DNA of 38,211 nt from Amoebidium appalachense. Its lineage: Eukaryota; Protista; Ichthyosporea. Both the position numbers and the translations under genes were made by a program. Below the pieces are notes generated by a model. The model did no database searches. It was not told where the DNA came from and saw nothing but the letters and a program-made list of their open reading frames with translations. This document shows positions 1 through 26,851 of the stretch, piece after piece. The stretch lies in NCBI GenBank assembly GCA_963693365.1, contig CAVNZM010000003.1, positions 8,964,308 to 9,002,518 on the forward strand, read 5' to 3'. How positions within the stretch are numbered: the first letter of the stretch is position 1; every line of letters begins with the position of its first letter.

Positions 1-2
1 CC

Positions 3-31
3 CACGGCCCTCTGAAAAAAAGACGGCCTGG
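3..31 (+). repeat. Left terminal inverted repeat (29 bp)
   Basis: Exact reverse complement of 3627-3655. Confidence 0.95.
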
Positions 32-69
32 ATAGATTACGTCATAAAATCGCATTCCATTGTGCTCGT

Positions 70-91
70 GGTATTTCGATCCACTGGATTC
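70..91 (+). repeat. Left subterminal inverted repeat (22 bp), candidate transposase (THAP) binding site
   Basis: GGTATTTCGATCCACTGGATTC is the exact reverse complement of 3577-3598; 67 bp from the left end versus 57 bp from the right end. Confidence 0.85.
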
Positions 92-185
92 CGGCCCTAA
101 ACGAGATGCCGGCACAGAACATGTATGTTGTTGTTTTTCGTTTACGTCTCGCTTTTTTTGGTTCAGTGACGGAGACGTCGGTAAC

Positions 186-1603
186 ATGGCTTACGACGGG
201 ACTGGCCCTATGGAGAGAGCTGCTCCTCCCGCGCCTGGAATGGATAAAAAGAGGAAAACGGTCTGCGTACTACTAGCAACAAAGTCGGTAACATATGCAG
301 TGTTCCAGGCTGCAGAGGTAACTACGACGACCAAAACAAAGTTTTCGTTTACAAATTCCCCAACCCAAACGACGGGCGCATTAAAAGCGAGACAATACGC
401 GAAGAAACACGGAACCTTCTCAGTGCGTGGCTACGTGCTGTGCCGAGGCAGTAGCCTGAGAACTTCGACCCGCAATGGGTTCACTTTTGTATGGGAGATC
501 AACGGTCAAAAAATCGATCTCTCATTTGAGGGGGGGGCGGCATGTTTTCGGCATCTGCAGACTATCTACGAGTCTGAAGGCGGGCAGGCACTCAAGCCTT
601 AGGAGGCCTTCAAACTGACACCCACCGTTCTCTGGCCCAACAACTTCGACAAGCAGAAGGTGGGGCCAGCTTTGGCTGTGTTCCACGAGTCCACCATTGC
701 TGCGCTCGACAACCACGTAGTCGATGAACCCCTGTTTAAGTTCACCGCAAACTTCCTAAAACGAATCGCACGGTGGTGGAAGCTTATGAACATCGGTACC
801 ACCACATATGCGGCGCGCAAAATGGACCCATGGTGTGCTGCATTCACCAGCAGCAGTGACCAGCGGCTGATTTGGCTGGAGAAATTCGCTGAGTGGGTGG
901 TGAGCATGGCCACTGGTGAGCATGCCCACTGGCAAGGGGGGTTTTACGGAGGAAACGCAGTGGTCGCTGGCGTTTACGAGCAAGACAATGGTACCCCCCC
1001 CCCCCCCATCAAAATCCCCTCCAATGTCCTCATGCCGCCCCCCCCCCCCCCCCCCCCAAAAAAAAAAAAAAAAAAAAAAAAGGCAGAAAGGAGGATGAAA
1101 AACACACTGAAATTCCAAAAATCCCCTCCGGTGTGCCCTCTTCCCAGCCCTCGTGCACTAAACAACACAGCCCCTCCCCCCCCCCCCCCCCCCCCACTTC
1201 TTTCTCCACCATGGTCGCGCCATAGCACCACCACATCCCCCTTCGTACACGAAACAACAGAATAAACCGAAATTTCAATCTTGAACCCCCCTCCATACCC
1301 CCCCCCCCCTCCCAAACACGTGAGACTTATTCATTTCTATTGCGTTGTGAAATAAGCAAACCCCCCCCCCACCCCCTTCTTCCCCCTCCCCTTGACTGGA
1401 TAGATAAACACCCCCTCACCCCCTCCCCCCCCCCCAACACACGAGGTCACATGAGGAGTCGACCGGCATAAAGTGTGTGATGTGTGTGTGTGTGTGTTCG
1501 TGTGTGTGTTTGTGTGTGTCTGTGTGTGACACTGTGTGTGTGTGTGTGTGTGACACGTGTGTGTGTGTGCGCGCGCATCAGTGTGTTTGTGTGCGTGTCT
1601 GTG

Positions 1604-1658
<55 letters not shown>

Positions 1659-2433
1659 TGTGTCGGGATGGGTGGGTGGTGGGTGGGGTGGGGGGGGGGG
1701 GGGGGGGGGGCTTTTTCATATGGGTTTTCACATGCCAAGCGTAGTCAAATGTGGTGCCACACAGATTTTGCTGACTTTTTATTTGCAGGCCAGTCTCATC
1801 CGCTATCTCCTGGAAAGCGGCGTGAGTGGCGAGAAGCTCAACTTTGTGCTCACCAGAAAGTTTCAAACCGACCCCCTACAGGGTGCTTTTGGCACAATCC
1901 GACAGTACAGCGGTGGGAACTACAACGTTGGGACAGCACACGTGGGTACCTCCCCTCCTGGATCTCCCCCCCCCCCCCCCCCCCCCCCCCACCCTACTCA
2001 GCCACCCACCCACTGCCTGCCACAGTGAAACACAAGAGATACATCACACACACACGATTCATACAGCATTACAAAGAATAGAGACTTCGGAACAGATATA
2101 GGATGACTTGGTGATTCACCTTAATAATGGGATAGTGGTGTCATGACATGGTGGCCCCGGGGAATAAAATAATCAGGGAGAAAAAAAAAGGGGAGGGGGG
2201 GGGGGGGGGGGGGGGGGAGAGATAGCGAGAGAGGCAGGGACGGAAGAAGGGGTTGGAGGAGGAGGGGAGGGGGAGGGGGGGTATCAGGATAAAAGGAGTG
2301 TGGTGAAAAGAAAGGGTGCAAAGAAAACAGAACAAAAAATGAAATTGGGGGGGGGGGGGGGGGGGGTTGTTGAACTCAAACCACAAAAATGCACACACGT
2401 ACACGCACACACACCCACACAGACACACATACA

Positions 2434-2470
<37 letters not shown>

Positions 2471-3067
2471 TACACACACACATATACACACATACCTAAA
2501 CCATGCTTGTGTACACACGAAGATATGCAATGATACACTGCTTGCGCACCCGCACCATAGTGTGTCATAACTTTTATAGCCACGTGCCATCTATATATGC
2601 ACAAATCACACAATAAACTCACCTCTATGAACAGACTTTCCAGGCTGTCAAAAGGATACGGGTGCAGAAGCTGGCAAAGCTGGCAGTGCAGACGGGCACA
2701 AGTGTAACACAGCTGTTCGACAACATGAACACGGCGCTCAACAGCAAACGCAAAACGATCACCATCGAGACCATTCTCCCACTCTACAACAACATCATCT
2801 GGGCCCACGTCTATAAAATCAGAGAAGCAAGCAGAGCAAGCCGTCGACAAAACCAGCAAAGAAGAAAAGGAGAGCAAAACAGAGGAAAAGGGAGGAGAAG
2901 GGAGGAAGAAGGGAAAGAAAGGTGAAAACAAAACAACCACGGCGGAATCACCTACCGTCGAGTGGGAGATGGAGGGAAACGATGACGAGCTGGTGGCTGC
3001 ACTGGAGGCAGCAGAGGCGGAGTACGATTGGATGGTAGAAGCGTATTTGGAGGAAGCAGAGCTCTAG
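186..3067 (+). pseudogene. P-element/THAP9-like transposase pseudogene (3 exons: ~186-990, 1789-1941, 2635-~3067)
   Basis: THAP N-half from 296 (CSVPGCRGNYD..VYKFP..WLRAVPR, stop at 452); GTP-binding-domain-like EAFKLTPTVLWPNNFDKQKVGPALAVFHEST..FLKRIARWWKLMN (stop at 600); 16-nt tandem duplication 899-930 causes a frameshift; GT-AG introns 991-1788 and 1942-2634; C-terminal RNase H motif VLTRKFQTDPLQGAFGTIRQYSGGNYN with the catalytic Glu read as Gln (1879-1881); acidic tail ending TAG at 3067 after another frameshift. Confidence 0.85.
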
Positions 3068-3576
3068 CGGCTTTGTCAGTGTTTTCTAGCCCTTTCTTTT
3101 CTTTTTTTAACAGTAGGTAGAGGTGTGAGGGTTTGCCGGGGGGGGGGGGGGGGGGGGGGGGGGCTACACAGTGTTTATTGGTTGGTGGTTAGTGTTGCAG
3201 GACATAGACGTCCTAATACTTAACATACAGGTAGTATTATGTTACCTAGTTACCTAGTGGATAGAAACACCTTTGAGAGAATATACGCGAAAGATGAGTT
3301 CTAGTTTTGTAGTAGATCTTTGCTCACGGCCGTGTTTGTGTAAACGTGAACTACTCAATAGATATAACTATACTGAGACTCAGCTACACCATTATGTACA
3401 CTATGCCAAAACTTTGTGCTATAGGGCTTTAGCATATTACTCTAAGACAAAAAAACGCCCTAGGACATAGGAAGCACTTCATAAACTTTTGTCGTTTTTT
3501 TTTCCCTTCCGTTTTCCTTCATCTGCGCACAGACATATTCGCGCTGTGAGCAGATAATTAGCTAGCGAATCATGGC

Positions 3577-3598
3577 GAATCCAGTGGATCGAAATACC
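3577..3598 (-). repeat. Right subterminal inverted repeat (22 bp)
   Basis: GAATCCAGTGGATCGAAATACC, exact reverse complement of 70-91. Confidence 0.85.
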
Positions 3599-3626
3599 AA
3601 TCTGCTCTTTTGACCCCGATCTGCGG

Positions 3627-3655
3627 CCAGGCCGTCTTTTTTTCAGAGGGCCGTG
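3627..3655 (-). repeat. Right terminal inverted repeat (29 bp)
   Basis: CCAGGCCGTCTTTTTTTCAGAGGGCCGTG, exact reverse complement of 3-31. Confidence 0.95.
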
Positions 3656-4243
3656 CTTAGCCTCATTCCGTTCGGATCTAAGTTTGCCCGTCGGAGCCTG
3701 GTCTTAATAAACTCTACCGTTTTCAGTTACACGTTCGTTCCTTTCCGTGTGTGTACACTTAGTAGAGTGCCGCGTCTCTAATACTTACACGTTAGGATAC
3801 GACAATAGTAATAGTATATCTATACCTAGAGATATTTATGTACACACGAACATGTACACGTCTCTCCCTGAGTGGGTGGATCCGTGTACACACATATAAA
3901 TATTCTAATTGATATTACAATACACGATTAAAGCCGATATAACACGATTACAAGTATACAAGCATATCGGAGATCGATGCTACACTTTACATAATAGGAG
4001 TGTGGCATTTATCCTAAGCATATGAACTGAAACATAACACAAACTGAGAAGATCTTACAATATGTAAATACTACGTATTACAACAACTATGCGTTACGAT
4101 GTTATCTAAAGCGCCATGTATTTTTTTTTGGCCGATATCTTCTTTTCATGAGCGGTTTTTTCTTTATCCCAGGATATCTGCGATATCTCGCCTTTTCACC
4201 TTCTATGAGCACATCAATTATGCCATTATAAAAAAAGAGTTTC

Positions 4244-5027
4244 CTAGAAGATGTCATGCACCAGATGCTTCGTCAGGTGGATCAATGGTGCACCGAGAAT
4301 CTCATGACAGTCGGAATTGCAAAGTGTGCTACTTTTTCGAAAACTGCTTCCTTTCGATTGGCCGGTCTTCCTATTCCTGTTCAGAGCGTGCACCTATGAC
4401 TATTTGGGTATTCCTTTTACTGCACGGGGTATTGATTTCCGCAAGCTCCTCATGGCACGGATCGCTCGTGCGAAGGGTAAGCTTCACATCGTGTCAAATA
4501 TGTTTCAACGGGAGTCTGTGATCCATCCTGCGAACCTTCTTCTCTACTATAAAACTTTTTTACGGCCGGCTTTCGAATATGGACTTCCGCTATTGGCCTG
4601 CGCCCCACCTCGCGAGGCGGCCGTGGCGCTGAAAGAGTTCGACGATTTTCAGGGTACTGCGCTGCGCACTTTGTTTCGTACTCGGTTTGTGCCTCCCTTA
4701 ATCAGTATGTTTGGATTGTCGTCTGCTGTTTGTCGTATGGAGTAATTGTCTCTTCGTTTTTGTTTTCATTTAGTTAGGATACCTGATGGTCACCCTCGTT
4801 ATGCTTTCTTTCCCCCCCTCCCTCCATCCCTCTTCCCCCCCGATTCACCAACGCTACTTCTGAATGTCCAGGCTCAGCCTACCCTCTTTCAACAGTGATT
4901 CTTCCTCTCGCTATCTCACTCCCTCTTTCTTTTCTCTTCCTGTTTTTTCTGCTTTTTCGCGTTATTACCACACGCAGTATAAGTTTCTTTCTCGTTCTGA
5001 TATCGATAGAGAAATCAAAGGTAAAAC
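4244..5027 (+). mobile_element. 5'-truncated non-LTR retrotransposon (LINE) remnant: C-terminal RT/thumb region, degenerate
   Basis: Translates, with one frameshift near 4385, to HQMLRQVDQWCTENLMTVGIAKC..LAGLPIP / YDYLGIPFT..GID..LLLYYKTFLRPAFEYG, matching the W..N.M..KC, Y.YLG and LYK..IRP.LEYG motifs of non-LTR RTs; in-frame stop at 4743-4745. Confidence 0.75.
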
Positions 5028-5547
5028 TGTCATCTACCCATGGATAACGGCAAGAACTTAGAAGTTGAGTTATACATATGTTTATTAGTTTGTTGTTGTT
5101 CGTTTCCTTTTCCCTTTTCCTTTCTTCCTTTCTTTCTTTCCTTTCCGTTTCCGTGTACACAGATATCTTTGATCTGTGTACACATCGAGCCATTTGGCCT
5201 GCGCACATGTAATGTTGTTTGCGTTTATGTCTAAATAAGTTGTCCAATCACATCTCGTTTAATTTTCCCAAATATAGAAACCTACATTCCTCCTTTTATT
5301 CTATTCGATTCCTTTCCCATTCCATTCCTTTCTATCCTCATTCCTTTTCCTTCTTTTCCCACGACGTAGAATTGCTCTATGCTCCCCAGCTATTAGGAAT
5401 ACTTATATTTAGACGTGTTATGTTAAGAAAATGTATAAATATATGATGTGAACTAATAGATACATAAGTGGTTTCATTTATTAAATGTTTCCGTACTTTC
5501 ATTAGAAGATTGCGATTAATCTTCTATGTGTCGGCAGGCATTTCGAT
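5028..5547 (+). mobile_element. LTR-like repeat, copy A (TGTCA...TCGGCA at 5028-5536 plus 11-nt GGCATTTCGAT)
   Basis: Colinear and highly similar by eye to 37482-38023 in the same orientation; TG...CA ends; no target-site duplication. Confidence 0.75.
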
Positions 5548-5690
5548 TGATTTATTTTACCCTCATAGTTTTCGTCTTTCTGATTGGAGTAGCAAATTTA
5601 TTTGCCCTCATTGTCTTCGTTCTTTTGATTGGCTTAGCATAATTGTCGATTTCACATTCCCGAGTATAAAAAGGACTTCATCTTGAAATA
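5548..5690 (+). mobile_element. Probable 3' continuation of the LINE remnant (CPHC zinc-knuckle-like motif)
   Basis: Same T/C-rich composition as 4750-5027; reads FICPHCLRSFDW..; lies directly after the LTR-like insertion. Confidence 0.35.
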
Positions 5691-7272
5691 AAAATCAAGC
5701 AGTTGAAAACATTTCATATGGTCCCAGAAATCGTTCCACCTCTCCGGTTGTGTTTCTCCCGTGTGTCTGTGTGTTGTGTATATCATAACACCCATCTGTG
5801 CACACTGCTTCTCCGTTAAACCACACAAAATAGCAAAAACTCAGTCGGCATGTGTTATGTTCCGTAGGCAACACCGTACTGATCATTATCGCTTTTTGGG
5901 AGCTTTGGCCTGATACATTTCTCCTGCTGTACGTATGGAGTACTAGTACCGCCCTAGTAGATAAGTATGTATGGTGCTCTGATGTTGATATTGCCTGGGA
6001 AGTTGTGCAGTGGCGTTGTAATTCTTGTTTTCATCGCCGCTGGTGCCACTTTCAGTGTGCTGAACTTTTTAATCGCAAGCATGTTGATGATACCGGGTGT
6101 GAGTTTTTATGTCGCGTTTTGACTCTTTCCCTACGGGTGTCTGCTACACTGGCTGGCAATGTGAACACTTTAGACTTTTTGTTGAATTCTCTTGGTCGTC
6201 ACATTGAGTATTTATATGATTTTCACACAGTGTTCAGGTATCTCAGTATGCACTTGTTACTGGTTAAGTTAACTCGTGAAGTTTAAATTTTTATTGTCTT
6301 CTCAGTATGCCATGCATACTTGCATATCTTTCCGTCGAATAAATCCAGTCAAAAGAAAAAAAAGTTTACTACTAGTAGGGTGTATGATTATTTGAGTCGT
6401 TATCTCCTTCGTATCCGTGGGTAGGGGTTTTTGTAGTTTCTTCTCTGAGATATCTGTGATATCTCCGGCTTGCTTCTCTCTCACAGTGAGCAGTCAATAA
6501 AGTCATTATAAAAATAAAAAAATATGGGAATCACCTAAAACTCTCACACGTTGAACGGGTCGTCTGTTCATAACTTTTGTTTTTTTGATCTCATTCAATA
6601 AAAGTGCAATAGAGTTAGGCACAGCACTGAATACAATGACAATAGTCATATAACATTTCAAGGTTTATTAAACATAGCCTAGCCATTCGAGCAAACATAT
6701 TTCCGTTTCTGAAATAGGATCAAACAGATTCATAATCCCACGATTATTGAATTCGAAGTTGCGGGGGAACGTTCAGGGTGCTCTTTTAGCCAATCATCGA
6801 TTAGGTAAACATGGGCTGGGGCCGGCAACTGCTTCAATGTTGTTGCACAAGGAGTGACACAAATATAACATATACAACTAAAAACATACAGCTTATCCTG
6901 CTCAATATAGTAAAAAAATTCCAATAGCTATGTGTCAAGTCTCTTTTGTGTGTCAACTCATTGTTATATTCTGCAGTTGTAGTGTCTCTCTTTGATTACG
7001 TAACTGTTCCGGGACACGTGTCAAGTCCAAGCTCTGATCGACTGACTGTACAACTCGACTGAGCTGCCAAGTTAGGCCGCTGCGGTCACAGTTTTCTTAA
7101 AACAACCTATCTATACAACCTACCATATCTAATATATTGTATATTGTGTATATTTTTACACATATTATTTAAATCTATTTATCCCCACCATTGATGCCTA
7201 CCTAACATCAGCTTATAGCTCATCGCTCGTCTTGTGGTCCCTATCGAGACTAACACACCAAAGCGCGCGAAA

Positions 7273-23712
<16,440 letters not shown>

Positions 23713-23725
23713 CACCATGCACTCA

Positions 23726-23764
<39 letters not shown>

Positions 23765-23967
23765 TTCCCTTCCTCCGTCCCTCCCTCCCTTCCCCCCAAA
23801 CAAAAAGGGCCAACCCATTACCTACACATTCGTGCACGCACGACACAGTGTCACACAGGAGCGAGCACGCATGTGTGAGTACCCTCACCCACAGGCTCAC
23901 ACACACACACAACACACACACACACACCCACACACACACACACACACAAAAACACACACACACATAC

Positions 23968-24010
<43 letters not shown>

Positions 24011-24104
24011 ATACACACACACACACAAACAATACACACACACACAACGCACGCGTGCGCACACATACAGGTGCGCACACACGCACACACACACACACAC
24101 CCAC

Positions 24105-24147
<43 letters not shown>

Positions 24148-24453
24148 TTGTGGTGGTTGGATGAGCGTTAATTCCCCCATGCATCTAGGGAGTTTTAGAC
24201 CGATTTTGGGTATATATATATATATCCAGTGAGAGTCATAATAGTCATATCACGACATGGACCGCATCGATACGTACATTGTGCAGATGAAATACAGCCC
24301 ATTTTTTAGACTACAGTAACTACAGGGCCATTCGAGAACCAAAAAGAAATCAACAAAAATAACAAATCAAGCAACAAATACCTGCATCACCTGTACAGTG
24401 GGATTGAGTGGGATGGGTGGAGGGACCCCACCCCGACCTCCCTGCAGGAGCAG

Positions 24454-24497
<44 letters not shown>

Positions 24498-24559
24498 CAC
24501 ACACACACACGCCGACAAACACACACACACACACACACGGACAGACACACACACCGTAC

Positions 24560-24628
<69 letters not shown>

Positions 24629-24775
24629 GACACGCATGCACACACACGCACACCACCACCACCACCACCACCGCCAAGGCTACCCACCGTCATCTGGCCC
24701 TATGCCCCTCGACTTTTCAGCCCTCCCCTCCCCCACAACTACCGGTAGGCTGCCGCACTGTCAGTTGCTGTTACT

Positions 24776-24825
24776 CCCCCCCCCCCCCCCCCCCCCCCCG
24801 GAGGCCTCCCCCTCGAGCTCTCAGA

Positions 24826-24914
<89 letters not shown>

Positions 24915-24936
24915 CCTCTCGCCCTCCCTCCTTCCC

Positions 24937-24978
<42 letters not shown>

Positions 24979-25002
24979 AGGCCTCCCCCTCGAGCTCTCA
25001 GA

Positions 25003-25089
<87 letters not shown>

Positions 25090-25125
25090 CCTCTCGCCCT
25101 CCCTCCTTCCCTCCCCCCTCCCTCC
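24776..25125 (+). repeat. Tandem duplication (~177-bp unit) of poly-C + unique core + (TC)n
   Basis: GGAGGCCTCCCCCTCGAGCTCTCAGAGG at 24800 and 24977, each followed by (TC)n and CCTCCCTCTCGCCCTCCCTCCTTCCCT. Confidence 0.9.
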
Positions 25126-26688
25126 CCCCCACCCCTCTTCCCCCCCCCCCCCCCCCCCCCCCCCTTGAATATTAGTAACCAGTAACTACGGGCCGTGCAC
25201 GCGGGCCTGTGACAAGTGTGACAGAGTCGTTGCCAACTTTCTCATGCAGAACTCGCGCGTGACGCGGAGACTGCCAATCAATGATGCTGCTCGCACAGCT
25301 GATTACCTGCATACCTCACACATTCCATTCAAACTGCGCACGTACGTGAACTTCTACGACAGTGCTTGAAGCAATGAAGAAATGAAAAAAAAACGTGACG
25401 CAATTGCTAGATGCATATGATTACAATAAACTTCTATTATGGCTAGGAGCACATGCATAACATCAGCGCTGCACTCCATTGGTTCAGAGGAAAAAATGCA
25501 ACTGATAGACAGATCATCATGGAGCCTAAATAAGCGCCATGCCTAACTGCATTCCTGCAAAACAGATGAATGTATCGAATTCCGAGGACCGAAGATCTCG
25601 AACTCACACGTAACCCATGCCCTTGTCACCCATCATGAATATTCGTAGAAGGGACTCTCAAGACATATTCGTCGACCACACCCCCGAAAGGCGGGAAGCT
25701 CCTACAAGTAGGCCGATGTGTAAAAGAGACACTACTGCTTTGGGTTACGGGTAAACTTAGTAACCCATTGCAGCCTTCGAATGGCATATGCATAGTGACA
25801 CACTGGCAACGGTATACGTAACGAATAATATATATCGTGGGAACAGACAGCGAAAATGGCTCCAGAACGGTACCGTACGTGAGACTGAAGAAATGCTCGC
25901 CAAGGGCCAAAAACTTGACTACCAAAAAAGTAACGACGGTGCAGTGTAGCCTACGGCGTCCACGCGTACGTCACTGTATATATCAATATATCCCTTCAAC
26001 GGTACCGCGTACTAAGAGTCCGAGTACCATTTCCCTCTCTCTATCTAGAGCCTGAAATCCCGGATCATTTTGCAAGCAGGTTGTAATCACATATGGGATC
26101 ATCTTGATTATATGTATTGAAGTATAGCTCACATGTGACACTCTCATGTGCACTCGCTCACTTGCACTGCCGCACGCCGGCAGCACGTGAACAAGTTGCT
26201 GTCCGAGACGGTCCACGGTGACGTGGCGGGCATGATGCATGGCAACCTTCCAGTGGGCGTGTATACATGTAGGTAATAGTGTATTTGCCATGAAGCTGAT
26301 TTTTCTGCGTAATACAATGTTCGTAAAGGACTATGTATTTTTCGTCGACAGAAGCTTTATGGTATATTGAAGAACTTGGGTTGGATGAAAAAGGTAAAAA
26401 AAAAATAAAAAAAAAATAAAAAAAAAAGGTTGGCGGTGGCCCACACTGGTTTAGCACTATCATTCTCGAAGCGTTCCTGTAGAATCTTCTGTTGCACCCG
26501 CGTTGCTAGCGAGATTCCATCTCGCGAACAGCGCTGAAATACGGACTCCTATTAACCGTTTGTAAACAAATCAAATCGCTTAGAACTATTAAAACATGAC
26601 ATAATCACCAATCAACTCCTTATATGTCATGCACTGCTTTAGTCACATTGCAAGCATACCTGTGTTAAAATCATTCTATGGCCAGGGT

Positions 26689-26695
26689 TATAAAA
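26689..26695 (+). promoter_or_regulatory. Candidate TATA box
   Basis: TATAAAAG about 160 bp upstream of ATG 26852, followed by an A/C-rich leader. Confidence 0.4.
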
Positions 26696-26851
26696 GCTCC
26701 TCTGCCGCCTCGGTTCCAGTATCGATTTGGATCGATGAGTACAAACGAAGCTAAACAATAATGATCATTGGCAAAACCCTTCACAACACACCCTACACAA
26801 AGTAGAACCTACTATATCATCATCTACAGAAGGGAAAAACCGAAAACCAAA

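Larger units (their letters stand above)
3..3655 (+). mobile_element. P-superfamily DNA transposon, internally deleted / non-autonomous
   Basis: Perfect 29-bp TIRs (CACGGCCCTCTGAAAAAAAGACGGCCTGG at 3-31; reverse complement at 3627-3655) with 5'-CA...TG-3' ends; 22-bp subterminal inverted repeats; encodes THAP and P-transposase motifs. Right flank CTTAGCC ends in CC, like the two visible left-flank bases, compatible with a 7-bp TSD (not fully checkable at the window edge). Confidence 0.9.

Noticed and set aside
3656-3731. AATAAA...GTTACA resembling the 3' end of an LTR interrupted by the P element
   Set aside because: Too short, no second copy in the window.
5695-6924. Degenerate coding-like stretch on the minus strand (possible TE remnant)
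   Set aside because: Many stops in all frames and no recognisable motif.
24314-25195. Direct repeat CAGTAACTAC(A)GGGCC as a possible TSD
   Set aside because: No TIRs, tail or coding remnant between the copies.
25624-25810. TGTCAC...GTGACA followed by TGG, like a short LTR plus PBS
   Set aside because: Single copy, no TSD, 6-bp inverted match can arise by chance.
26768-26851. N-terminal extension of the 628-aa ORF from a TTG start
   Set aside because: Eukaryotic context; ATG 26852 begins a clear signal peptide and the upstream A/C-rich part looks like 5' UTR.
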